Shown piece by piece: positions 1 to 9,496 of a DNA stretch of 64,000 bases. Each line of letters starts with the position of its first letter. Positions within the stretch are counted from its first letter, which is position 1. The stretch is from a virus, in IMG/VR virus record IMGVR_UViG_3300025120_000025, positions 38,948 through 102,947 of that record. The stretch is one strand, 5' to 3'. Made by a program: the position numbers and the translations under genes. A model generated the notes under the pieces. That model made no database searches and was not told where the DNA came from. It saw only the letters and a program-made list of their open reading frames with translations.

Positions 1-303
1 GGCAATACTCTTGCTGGTACTATCAACGGTGGATTGAAAGTTTACATCGATCCTTATTCAGCAAACGATTCTGATAGCAACCAGTTCTACTGTGTTGGTT
101 ATAAAGGTGCTAACGCATATGACGCTGGTATGTTCTACTGCCCATATGTACCTCTACAGATGGTAAGAGCAGTTGGAGAAAATACTTTCCAACCTAAGAT
201 TGGATTTAAGACAAGATACGGTCTTGTTTCTAACCCATTCACTTCTATCTCTGCAGACAGCAACGCATACTACAGATTGACTAAAGTTACTAACTTAATG
301 TAA
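1..303 (+). CDS. gp23: Major capsid protein, C-terminal part (truncated by window)
   Basis: Frame open from base 1; YDAGMFYCPYVPLQMVRAVGENTFQPKIGFKTRYG is the T4-type gp23 C-terminus. Confidence 0.97.
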   Translation, partial: GNTLAGTINGGLKVYIDPYSANDSDSNQFYCVGYKGANAYDAGMFYCPYVPLQMVRAVGENTFQPKIGFKTRYGLVSNPFTSISADSNAYYRLTKVTNLM

Positions 304-332
304 TCTAAGTTGCTCCAATAAAGGGAGAGATT

Positions 333-364
333 AAAGGGGTGGTCTTCGGATCGCCCCTTTTTTT
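333..364 (+). terminator. Rho-independent terminator after gp23
   Basis: aaaggggtggtc-TTCG-gatcgcccct then T run; cUUCGg tetraloop typical of T4-like phages. Confidence 0.92.
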
Positions 365-368
365 ATGA

Positions 369-376
369 TATAAATA
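369..376 (+). promoter_or_regulatory. T4-type late promoter
   Basis: TATAAATA upstream of gp3. Confidence 0.85.
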
Positions 377-403
377 GTAGTATCAATAAAGATAGGAACT
401 ACT

Positions 404-985
404 ATGGCATATGATAAGAATATAACTATAACGAATTGGACCGATAACCCAGCGGCATCTAATCTCAATTTCTTAGCACCATCTCAGTTTGTATTCACAA
501 TGCAAAGATTAGGTGGAGTGGCATTCACTTGTCAAACTGCTAACATTCCTAATATATCGTTACAACCTAGCATACAATATGCAAGAGTAAAAGACACTCC
601 GATTCCTGGAGATACTATTAGTTATGGTGATTTAATAATTACATTTTTGATTGATGAGAATATGACAAACTTCAAAGCACTAGCAGATTGGATGATACAA
701 ATCACTGCAGACTTAGACACAGAAGATTATAATGCTTATATTAATAGACAACCAGGATATCCAGAAGCAGGCAATCAACAACTTAAACCTATTGCGCCTA
801 CGATGTCAGATGCTACGTTGACTATTACCGATAGCAACAACAACGCAAACGTAGAAATTCGCTATAACGACCTATTCCCAACATCTTTAGAAGCACTACA
901 ATTCGACATTACTGATACAAGTATGCCATATCTTACCGCAACTGCATCATTCACCTTCTCTAAATATGAGATGGTTAAAATTTAG
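404..985 (+). CDS. gp3: Tail completion / tail tube terminator
   Basis: NFLAPSQF..FTCQTANIP..PGD...YGDL..FLIDEN, FPTSL; synteny gp23-gp3-uvsY. Confidence 0.85.
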   Translation: MAYDKNITITNWTDNPAASNLNFLAPSQFVFTMQRLGGVAFTCQTANIPNISLQPSIQYARVKDTPIPGDTISYGDLIITFLIDENMTNFKALADWMIQITADLDTEDYNAYINRQPGYPEAGNQQLKPIAPTMSDATLTITDSNNNANVEIRYNDLFPTSLEALQFDITDTSMPYLTATASFTFSKYEMVKI

Positions 986-988
986 TTC

Positions 989-1017
989 TTGACATTTAAT
1001 TAAACTTCTGTTATAAT
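989..1017 (+). promoter_or_regulatory. Sigma70-like promoter for uvsY/uvsW
   Basis: TTGACA-N17-TATAAT. Confidence 0.85.
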
Positions 1018-1039
1018 GATAGTTTGAAATGAGGTACAT

Positions 1040-1483
1040 ATGGTAGATTTAGATAAATTACAGACAATGTGGCGTGAAGATGCTAAGTTAGATGATATCG
1101 AATTGGGTAAAGAAGCACTGAATGTAGCAAGTCTACACGCTAAATACATTACCATTCTAAGCACTGCTAAACTCAATTTAAGAAAAGAACAAAGCGACTA
1201 CGCTAAGTTAAGAAGATATAAGTGGCGATACTATAGGGGCGAACTAAATCAGTATGAATTAAAAGACCTAGGTTGGGAACAATGGCAAGGTGCTAAACCA
1301 CTAAAGAATGAAATGGATGAACAGTTAGAAGGCGACTTTGATTTAATTAAAAAGAAAGACAAAGTTGCATATTGGGAAACTATTGTGAGTTTTCTAGAAT
1401 ATGTCATGCGAAGTATCAACTCAAGAGGTTGGGATATTAAGAATGCAATCGAATGGCATAAATTTACGAATGGAGTAATGTAA
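1040..1483 (+). CDS. uvsY: Recombination mediator UvsY
   Basis: LHAKY, KWRYYRG, RGWDIKNAIEW motifs; synteny. Confidence 0.93.
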   Translation: MVDLDKLQTMWREDAKLDDIELGKEALNVASLHAKYITILSTAKLNLRKEQSDYAKLRRYKWRYYRGELNQYELKDLGWEQWQGAKPLKNEMDEQLEGDFDLIKKKDKVAYWETIVSFLEYVMRSINSRGWDIKNAIEWHKFTNGVM

Positions 1484-1668
1484 TGGGAATGACAACATCT
1501 GCCCTTTCGGGTACACCTAAAATCTGGCAATGCAGTGTTTGTGGAGAATATTATTTTGAAAGTGAAAAGGGAGAACTACAAGAAGATTACATCTGCGAAA
1601 ATTGCGGTGCGTCTTATACTAGTTTTATCGATATAACAGATGATTACAATAATCGTATCAAAGATTAA
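1483..1668 (+). CDS. Small rubredoxin-like metal-binding protein
   Basis: WQCSVCG...ICENCGA; two CxxC knuckles; start coupled to uvsY stop. Confidence 0.6.
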   Translation: MGMTTSALSGTPKIWQCSVCGEYYFESEKGELQEDYICENCGASYTSFIDITDDYNNRIKD

Positions 1669-3091
1669 TGATGTCTTTATGACAGTTGATTGTGAAGATG
1701 CTGGTGTAAAATACGAGTTATCTGACTTCTTCACGTTCAAAGTTCCAGGCGCAGAATTCATGCCTACTTTTCGTAATAAGATGTGGGATGGAAAAATACG
1801 TCTATTTAATATGTGGACTAGTCAACTGTATATAGGTCTCACAGAGCATCTAGAAGAGTTTTGCAAAACTAGAGGTTACACTCTGGTGGGTCAAGATACA
1901 GTTATACCTAAACAAAACATATCTACAGAAGATGTAGTAAAAGCACTAGTTGATTTGAAATTACCTTTCAACCCTAGAAATTATCAAGTAGATGCAATTC
2001 GTGATGGAATCAATGATAAAAGATTAGTCATGCTATCACCTACTGGTTCAGGTAAATCTCTTATAATCTATAGTCTAACTCAACTAGGAACTACAGGTCG
2101 AGTGCTTATAGTTGTACCTACTACATCTCTCGTAGAGCAAATGTATAAAGACTTTGCTGACTATGGATATGATGTAGAGACTAACTGTCATAAGATATAC
2201 TCTGGACATGATAAAAACACAGATAAAAGAATAGTAATCACTACATGGCAATCTGTATACAAATTACCTAAGAAGTGGTTTGCTGATTACAAGATGGTCA
2301 TAGGTGATGAAGCACACTTATTCAAAGCAACATCACTCAAAACACTAATGGAAAAGACAGAGAATGCAGTAATGCGTTTCGGCACTACTGGTACTCTAGA
2401 TGATACTAAAACACATAAGTTAATGCTAGAAGGATTATTCGGTCCTGTTCGTAGATTTACAACATCAAAACAGTTAATGAAAGATGGTCAACTCGCTAAG
2501 TTGAAGATTACTTGCTTAATGTTAAATTATAGTGATGATGTGCGCCAGGCAAATAAGAAACTTTCTTACCAAGAAGAGATGGACTTTTTAGTATCATACA
2601 CACATAGAAATACCTTTATACGCAATCTTGCGTTAGAGCAAACAGGAAATTCACTTCTACTCTTTCAATATGTAGAAAAGCATGGTAGAATTTTATATGA
2701 TATGATTAAAGAAAAAGCAGGAAACAGAAAAGTATTCTTTGTGCATGGTGGAGTAGGAGCAAATGAGAGGGAGGATATTCGTGCGATTACCGAGCAAGAA
2801 CATGATGCAATCATTGTTGCGAGTTATGGTACTTTTAGTACTGGCATTAATATTAGAAATCTTCATAATATCATTTTTGCAAGTCCTAGTAAGTCCAAAA
2901 TCAGAAATCTTCAGTCTATTGGGCGTGGTCTTCGGTTAGGAGATGATAAAGATGAAGCACAATTATTTGATATATCAGATGATATGTCTTGGAAACAAAG
3001 AACAAATTATACGCTTGAACACGCCGTTGAACGTATAAAGATATATAATGAAGAGAAGTTTAAGTACAAAACAGTAAAGGTTAAAATATGA
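1640..3091 (+). CDS. uvsW: SF2 helicase UvsW
   Basis: PTGSGKS, DEAH, QSIGRGLR. Confidence 0.97.
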   Translation: MITIIVSKINDVFMTVDCEDAGVKYELSDFFTFKVPGAEFMPTFRNKMWDGKIRLFNMWTSQLYIGLTEHLEEFCKTRGYTLVGQDTVIPKQNISTEDVVKALVDLKLPFNPRNYQVDAIRDGINDKRLVMLSPTGSGKSLIIYSLTQLGTTGRVLIVVPTTSLVEQMYKDFADYGYDVETNCHKIYSGHDKNTDKRIVITTWQSVYKLPKKWFADYKMVIGDEAHLFKATSLKTLMEKTENAVMRFGTTGTLDDTKTHKLMLEGLFGPVRRFTTSKQLMKDGQLAKLKITCLMLNYSDDVRQANKKLSYQEEMDFLVSYTHRNTFIRNLALEQTGNSLLLFQYVEKHGRILYDMIKEKAGNRKVFFVHGGVGANEREDIRAITEQEHDAIIVASYGTFSTGINIRNLHNIIFASPSKSKIRNLQSIGRGLRLGDDKDEAQLFDISDDMSWKQRTNYTLEHAVERIKIYNEEKFKYKTVKVKI

Positions 3092-3567
3092 CATTACCTA
3101 TCAAACTACTAAAACTATCAAATGGAGATAGTCTAGTTGCACAGATTGACGTTAAAGAGAACGAAGATTATGTAACACTCAAAGCACCAGTTAAGATTGT
3201 ACGATGGATGTCTCCTGGTAAAGAAGGCGCATATGAAAATGCTACTTTTGGTCCATGGGAATCGTTCTCAGATGAGCAAACTTTTCATATTAGCAAAAAT
3301 AAAATTATTACCTTGACAGAACCTCGAAAAGATGTTAAAGTATACTATACTCAACTTCTAGATAAATTAGCAGAAGAACCTGCAGAGAAATTATCTGCAC
3401 CTACATTAGAAGATGAAATAGAGAATGAAGAAGAAAGAAAGATGAAACACCTGAAGAGATTACATAACATGGTAGAAGACCTGAATGAGACCTTAGGGTT
3501 AAACGATACTGATAAGGAAGATGTTCTAGAGTATCTTTATAACAAGGACAAGATAACAGTTCACTAA
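3088..3567 (+). CDS. Hypothetical protein, possible Sm-like N-terminus
   Basis: IKLLKLSNGDSLVA pattern; position between uvsW and gp55. Confidence 0.6.
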   Translation: MTLPIKLLKLSNGDSLVAQIDVKENEDYVTLKAPVKIVRWMSPGKEGAYENATFGPWESFSDEQTFHISKNKIITLTEPRKDVKVYYTQLLDKLAEEPAEKLSAPTLEDEIENEEERKMKHLKRLHNMVEDLNETLGLNDTDKEDVLEYLYNKDKITVH

Positions 3568-3597
3568 GAAAGGTTATTCTGAAAAGGGAACACCCCT

Positions 3598-3626
3598 ATT
3601 ATACACACGATAACATACGTTGTCAA
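3598..3626 (-). promoter_or_regulatory. Antisense sigma70-like promoter upstream of gp55
   Basis: Reverse complement reads TTGACA-acgtatgttatcgtgtg(17)-TATAAT. Confidence 0.75.
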
Positions 3627-3645
3627 TAGAAAACAAGGAAAGATT

Positions 3646-4203
3646 ATGGCAAAAGCGAAAAGTAAAAAAGAACATTACGTTAACAACAAAGAGTTCTTAG
3701 AAGCACTAATAGACTACAAGAAAGTATGCGATGAGCATAAGGCGAGAGAAGAACTTAAACCACCTGTAACACGATACCTTGGTGAATGTTTCTTGAAGAT
3801 TGCACAACACCTATCATACCGACCTAACTTTATTAATTATACATATAAGCATGATATGATATCAGATGGTATTGAGAACTGCTTAATGTATCTACACAAT
3901 TTCAATCCAGAGAAATCTAAAAACCCATTTGCATATTTTACGCAAATTATTTACTATGCATTCTTGCGTAGAATTCAGAAAGAAAAAAAGCAGACTGAAC
4001 TAAAAAAGAAGTTAATTCAAAACATGGTTGTAGATGATAGTATGGTTACTGCAGACCATGACGATACGCAGTATAGTAATCAATACCTTGAGTTCTTACA
4101 AGATAATATGTACAATGATGACCCTATGGCAGTGCAGGATATGAAAGATGCAGTTAAAGATAAGAAAGAACGCAAAGGTGCTTTAGACGAATTTATGGAG
4201 TAA
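3646..4203 (+). CDS. gp55: Late transcription sigma factor
   Basis: HYVNNKEF, NFINYTY, NPFAYFTQIIYYAFLRRIQKEKKQ. Confidence 0.97.
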   Translation: MAKAKSKKEHYVNNKEFLEALIDYKKVCDEHKAREELKPPVTRYLGECFLKIAQHLSYRPNFINYTYKHDMISDGIENCLMYLHNFNPEKSKNPFAYFTQIIYYAFLRRIQKEKKQTELKKKLIQNMVVDDSMVTADHDDTQYSNQYLEFLQDNMYNDDPMAVQDMKDAVKDKKERKGALDEFME

Positions 4204-4206
4204 TAG

Positions 4207-5679
4207 ATGAAAAGCAAAAGAGTATGTGTACTAGGTGCTGGTAACGCAGGATTAATGGCGGCACTTATATTGAAAATAGAACGACCAGGACTTGATGTTT
4301 ATGTTGTAGGTTCATCAGAAATAGGTATCGTAGGTGTTGGCGAAAGTAGCACAGAACACGTTAATTATTTTAGAGACTTACTTGGCGTATCAGTTCAAGA
4401 TTTTGTCACAGAAAGTGGTTGTACCTTTAAGTATGGTGTAGACTTTCAAGGTTGGACCGATAAGAGATATATTCACTCTCTTACTGCGAATGACGATGGT
4501 ATTCGTACAGACCCTTATCACACCGAACCAGAAGAATTATTCATGTATACAAACATGAGTGCGAATTGCGATCCATTAGATTTAGTTCAACCTACACAAT
4601 TAAACTATGAAGTTTCTGAAACAGATAATTTTCCTAATCAGTTTCACTTTGACACACAGAAGTTTAATAAATTTCTTCATACACAGATAAAAAAACGTGG
4701 TATTAGATATTATGATGATATTATTAGTTCAGTAAAGGTAAGTGAATGGGGCGATTGTGAAGCGATTGAAAGTGAAAGTACAAGATATGAGGCAGACATC
4801 TTTGTTGATGCTAGTGGATTTAAAAGAATTATAGCATCAGAAGTGCCTGGTTTTGAATTTCATTCTAGACAAGATGAGATGTTTGTAGATAGTGCATTTG
4901 CATTTCAGTGTCCGCATGATGAACCAGATAACTATCCAGTATTTACTCAAGCACACAAAATGAACTGTGGTTGGATGTGGAGAATACCTACGTCTGAACG
5001 TATGGGTAATGGTTATGCATATAGTTCAAAGCATATCTCATATGAAGATGCAGTCGAAGAAGTAACAGAGAAACTAGGGTTTAGACCAAATGTTGGTAAG
5101 ACTTTCAAATTTGAAGCAGGTAATTATAAAAGAACATGGGTAGGCAATACAGTACTGATTGGTCTATCATCACACTTTTACGAACCTTTAGAAGCAACTG
5201 CAATCGGTGTTGGCATATCACAAGCAAGAGTATTAGCGAACTATATTAATTCGTCTACCATATCTAAAAATACATACAATACAATAATTCAAGATTTATT
5301 TGAACAAGTATTTGCTTTTGTGAGACTACACTATGTAAACTGTCATGCAGATACACCTTTTTGGCAAGATGTATCTAAGTCAATTATACCGCCAGAAGTG
5401 AAAAAATATCTTGACATTACTAGTGAACGTGTGCTATTATTAGAAGATGTTGGAAATATAAGTGGTGCAGTCACCACAGAAAATAGAATATTTGGGGCAC
5501 ATAACTGGAATCAAGTACTGTATGCATTAGGGTTTTTATCAGAAGAAGTTCTTAAAGACCATGTACAAGCATATGGACATATTCCTAGACGTAGAAAATT
5601 TAAAGATTTTGACGATGTGATCCCACATAAACAATTAATTGATAAATGGAACAATAATGAAAATAGCATTAGTAACTGA
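4207..5679 (+). CDS. Flavin-dependent (tryptophan halogenase-like) enzyme
   Basis: GAGNAG, VGVGES, TFKYG (catalytic Lys position), WMWRIP, FYEPLEATAI. Confidence 0.88.
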   Translation: MKSKRVCVLGAGNAGLMAALILKIERPGLDVYVVGSSEIGIVGVGESSTEHVNYFRDLLGVSVQDFVTESGCTFKYGVDFQGWTDKRYIHSLTANDDGIRTDPYHTEPEELFMYTNMSANCDPLDLVQPTQLNYEVSETDNFPNQFHFDTQKFNKFLHTQIKKRGIRYYDDIISSVKVSEWGDCEAIESESTRYEADIFVDASGFKRIIASEVPGFEFHSRQDEMFVDSAFAFQCPHDEPDNYPVFTQAHKMNCGWMWRIPTSERMGNGYAYSSKHISYEDAVEEVTEKLGFRPNVGKTFKFEAGNYKRTWVGNTVLIGLSSHFYEPLEATAIGVGISQARVLANYINSSTISKNTYNTIIQDLFEQVFAFVRLHYVNCHADTPFWQDVSKSIIPPEVKKYLDITSERVLLLEDVGNISGAVTTENRIFGAHNWNQVLYALGFLSEEVLKDHVQAYGHIPRRRKFKDFDDVIPHKQLIDKWNNNENSISN

Positions 5680-6724
5680 TACACACTTTGGAGCAAGAAA
5701 CGATAGCGAAGTCTTTAATAATTATTTCTTTAAGTTTTATGACAATGTTTTCTTTCCATATCTAGAGAAACATAATATCAAAACGTGCATACATCTAGGC
5801 GATATAACAGATAGACGTAAGTTTATAAACTTCAAGACATTACATAAGTTTAGAAAAGATTTTGTATGGCGTCTAGGTAGTATGGGTATAGACACTCATG
5901 TTATTATAGGCAACCACGATACATACTTTAAGAACACAAACGAAGTAAACAGTATGGAAACATTGTTCACATCATTCGATGGTAAGTTAGAACCTTGGAT
6001 TTATACAGAAGCATCTGAAGTAGAATTTGATGGATGTAAGATATTGTTTGTGCCTTGGATATGTGATGATAATCGTGAAAGAACTATGAACACTATTGAT
6101 GAGACTGATGCACAAGTTCTTATGGGTCATTTAGAAGTCAAAGGTTTTACAATGTATCGTGGGTTCACAAACTTTGACCATGGATTAGACAGAAGTATAT
6201 TCAAGAAGTTTGATTGTGCATTTAGTGGTCACTTTCATCATAAATCAACTCAAGACAATATTACATATCTAGGTAATCCATATCAAATGACATGGTCTGA
6301 CTATGGTGATAAACGTGGGTTTCACATATTCGATACAGAAACTAGAGAGATTGAATTTATTGAGAATCCGTATTCTATATTCAAGAAGTTAGAATATAAT
6401 GATAGAGATAAGTCATATGAAGACTTTGATGCAAGTGATTTCAAAGACCATTTTGTAAAGGTGGTAGTAATAAACAAAATCAATGCGAAAATGTTTGACA
6501 AAGTAATAGATAAACTGTATAATGCAGATGTACATGAAATTAATATTATTGAAGATTTTACAGATTTCAATGCTACTTTTGTTGATGATAAGAATTTACA
6601 GTTAGACGATACTTTATCCTTGCTACATAGTTACGTTGATGAAGTTGACACTACTGCGAACAAAGAACGAATAAAAAATGACATGAAACGATTATATGTT
6701 GAAGCGAGTAATCAAACAGTATGA
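5657..6724 (+). CDS. gp47: Recombination endonuclease subunit (Mre11/SbcD-like)
   Basis: DTHFG, GD, GNHD, GHFH metallophosphoesterase motifs. Confidence 0.96.
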   Translation: MKIALVTDTHFGARNDSEVFNNYFFKFYDNVFFPYLEKHNIKTCIHLGDITDRRKFINFKTLHKFRKDFVWRLGSMGIDTHVIIGNHDTYFKNTNEVNSMETLFTSFDGKLEPWIYTEASEVEFDGCKILFVPWICDDNRERTMNTIDETDAQVLMGHLEVKGFTMYRGFTNFDHGLDRSIFKKFDCAFSGHFHHKSTQDNITYLGNPYQMTWSDYGDKRGFHIFDTETREIEFIENPYSIFKKLEYNDRDKSYEDFDASDFKDHFVKVVVINKINAKMFDKVIDKLYNADVHEINIIEDFTDFNATFVDDKNLQLDDTLSLLHSYVDEVDTTANKERIKNDMKRLYVEASNQTV

Positions 6725-8439
6725 TAAAATTTGAATATGTAAGGTGGCGCAATTTTCTATCTACAGGAAATCAATTCACCGAAATTGAAGTATGTAAATC
6801 ACCAACGACACTTGTAGTTGGTTCAAATGGTTCTGGTAAGTCTACATTCATAGATGCTCTATGTTTTGCATTGTTTAATAAACCTTTTCGTAAGATTAAG
6901 ATTGGTCAGTTAATCAATTCAATTAACATGAAAGATGCACTAGTAGAAGTTGAATTCAGTATTGGTTCTTCTCAGTATAAAGTAAGAAGAGGATTAAAAC
7001 CTAATCTGTTTGAAATTTATCAGAACAATATCTTAATTAATCAAGATGCGGCAACGAAAGACTATCAAGAGTTTTTAGAGAAACAGATACTAAAACTAAA
7101 CTATAAGTCTTTCACTCAAATTGTTGTTCTTGGTTCATCGACTTTTATACCCTTTATGCAACTACCAGCACCTCATCGTAGAGAGATTATTGAAGATTTA
7201 CTTGACATTCAAATATTCACACGAATGAATGATATTCTCAAAGGTGAGTTGTTACAAGTTGGTTCAGAGTATAAAGATGCAGAGAGTAAACTGTCGGTTG
7301 TTCGACAGTCAATCGATTTGCAAGAAGACTACTTGGAGCGAATAGATGAGCAACGTAAGAAATCGACAGAGGAAATTAACGAGCGAATTGTCAAGGCGAA
7401 GAACACAATACATGAATACACAGAAGAAGTCTCCGAAAAACAACGAACTATCGCTGAATTACAACGAAGCATTGAAGACGAGGAATCAATTACACGCAGA
7501 AAAAATAAAATAAACTCATTACAAGACCAGATGAAGCGAACACAAAAGAAAGTTGCGAATGATATTACATTCTATAGAGATAATGATGAGTGTAGTACTT
7601 GTAAGCAAGATATTCCTGTATCATTTAAAGAAGATGTAATCAAAGCAAGAACTGCTAAACTACAAGAGATTGAAGTGGCATCTGTTGATTTAGATAGAAA
7701 ATGGGATGATACAAATACTAGATTGAATGAGATACATGAAGTTCAAAAGAAAGTAACTTGGCAACAACAATCTATTAATGATAGACAAGTTCGTATTCAA
7801 GCAGAGAACAGAAGCATTGCAGAATGGAATACAGACATTGAACGTGCGAATGCTATAGCATTAAATGATGAAGAACATCAAAACAAACTTGTTACTATGA
7901 GAGAAGAAGAACGTCAAGTATCTGACACAAAGAATACATTGAACGACAAAAGATATTACTCAGAGATATCAGCAAACTTACTCAAAGATACTGGTATCAA
8001 AACTAAGATTATAAATCAATATCTACCAGTCATCAATCATTATGTAAATCATTTTCTACAAGCACTTGACTTCTTTGTTCAGTTTAATCTTGATGGTTCA
8101 TTCAAAGAAACAATCAAGTCTAGACATAGAGATGATTTTAGTTACGCATCATTCTCTGAAGGCGAGAAGTTGAGAATTGATTTATCACTATTGTTTACTT
8201 GGCGTACTATTGCAAAGATGAAAAATTCAACTAACACAAATCTATTGATACTAGACGAAGTGTTTGATAGTTCATTAGACGCAAATGGTACAGAAGAGTT
8301 TTTAAAAATCCTAAATACTATGGACAAAGGAATCAATGCATTTGTCATATCGCATAAAGGTGACACATTGTTTGACAAGTTTACAAACACAGTTCGTTTT
8401 GCGAAACCAAATAATTATTCTAGAATTGAGGCACAATGA
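6721..8439 (+). CDS. gp46: Recombination endonuclease ATPase (Rad50/SbcC-like)
   Basis: GSNGSGKS, CSTC zinc hook, FSEGE, ILDE. Confidence 0.97.
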   Translation: MIKFEYVRWRNFLSTGNQFTEIEVCKSPTTLVVGSNGSGKSTFIDALCFALFNKPFRKIKIGQLINSINMKDALVEVEFSIGSSQYKVRRGLKPNLFEIYQNNILINQDAATKDYQEFLEKQILKLNYKSFTQIVVLGSSTFIPFMQLPAPHRREIIEDLLDIQIFTRMNDILKGELLQVGSEYKDAESKLSVVRQSIDLQEDYLERIDEQRKKSTEEINERIVKAKNTIHEYTEEVSEKQRTIAELQRSIEDEESITRRKNKINSLQDQMKRTQKKVANDITFYRDNDECSTCKQDIPVSFKEDVIKARTAKLQEIEVASVDLDRKWDDTNTRLNEIHEVQKKVTWQQQSINDRQVRIQAENRSIAEWNTDIERANAIALNDEEHQNKLVTMREEERQVSDTKNTLNDKRYYSEISANLLKDTGIKTKIINQYLPVINHYVNHFLQALDFFVQFNLDGSFKETIKSRHRDDFSYASFSEGEKLRIDLSLLFTWRTIAKMKNSTNTNLLILDEVFDSSLDANGTEEFLKILNTMDKGINAFVISHKGDTLFDKFTNTVRFAKPNNYSRIEAQ

Positions 8440-8993
8440 TACTACCACTAACAAATCCACATGACGTTAAGAACTTAGGCGCACCGCCTGAATTTGATTT
8501 TCTAAACCCTATTGTTGAACCTGTAGAACTTGCAGATAGACTGTGGGAGAACATGAAACACTATAATGGTGTAGGACTATCTGCTACGCAAGTAGGTATT
8601 CATACTAAAGTGTTTGTGATGGGTAGAGATGATTTTCGTATGAATGTTTTTAATCCTAAAGTTATTCAGATATCACCTGAACTACAAGCATTCAAAGAAG
8701 GTTGTTTAACATGGCCATTCTTAATGTTATCAATTAGAAGACCTGTAGATTGCACTATAACATACTACAATGAACACAACGAAGCAAAGAACATCAAACT
8801 ACAAGATATGTCTGCTAGAGTATTCTTACATGAGTATGACCATATGTTAGGCATTGATTTCACACAGAGAGCATCTAAACTAGCACTAGATATTGGTATG
8901 AAGAAAAGAGATAAGATGTTAAAAAAATTGGAGCGATCCGGAAAGTTAGAGAAAGCAGATGGAGACACTTACTCAATACCACAGACTTCCTAA
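8436..8993 (+). CDS. def: Peptide deformylase
   Basis: GVGLSATQVG, EGCL, HEYDH. Confidence 0.93.
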   Translation: MILPLTNPHDVKNLGAPPEFDFLNPIVEPVELADRLWENMKHYNGVGLSATQVGIHTKVFVMGRDDFRMNVFNPKVIQISPELQAFKEGCLTWPFLMLSIRRPVDCTITYYNEHNEAKNIKLQDMSARVFLHEYDHMLGIDFTQRASKLALDIGMKKRDKMLKKLERSGKLEKADGDTYSIPQTS

Positions 8994-9495
8994 AGAAGAC
9001 GAAATCGTATCACAAGGTTTAGAACTGTTTAGTTGGGATACTGCTATTGAAAATTTTGAAGCATCTGTAGCAGAACGAAAAAAGTATTCTGACTTTGTTC
9101 AACGTGGTGTGAGAGTTGTGGGTATTGAGGATGAAGATGATGAAACAAAGTTTAATATGTTACCTACACTTGTTTCTCATCATGCAGAACTAATACCAGT
9201 CGTTCAAGAAATGAGAAAAGTGTTAGAATTTAAACACAATGTCAAAGACCCACATAGAGTTAATTGTCATATGTTTATATCACTGGTATCACACTCACAA
9301 TGCTTTGACTGGCACAGTGATTATGATAACACATACATCTGGCAGATAAAGGGTAGAACAAAATGGTACACTGGTGAAGATGATGCCATACTTGAACCAA
9401 ATGATATGATATATATTCCACACGGAAAGATGCACAGATTAGAAATTATAGAACCAAGAATATCAGTAAGTTTCAGCATTGAGAGAAAGGTATAA
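8959..9495 (+). CDS. JmjC/cupin-type oxygenase
   Basis: FDWHSD, WQIKGRTKW, LEPNDMIYIPHGKMH. Confidence 0.8.
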   Translation: METLTQYHRLPKEDEIVSQGLELFSWDTAIENFEASVAERKKYSDFVQRGVRVVGIEDEDDETKFNMLPTLVSHHAELIPVVQEMRKVLEFKHNVKDPHRVNCHMFISLVSHSQCFDWHSDYDNTYIWQIKGRTKWYTGEDDAILEPNDMIYIPHGKMHRLEIIEPRISVSFSIERKV

Positions 9496-9496
9496 T

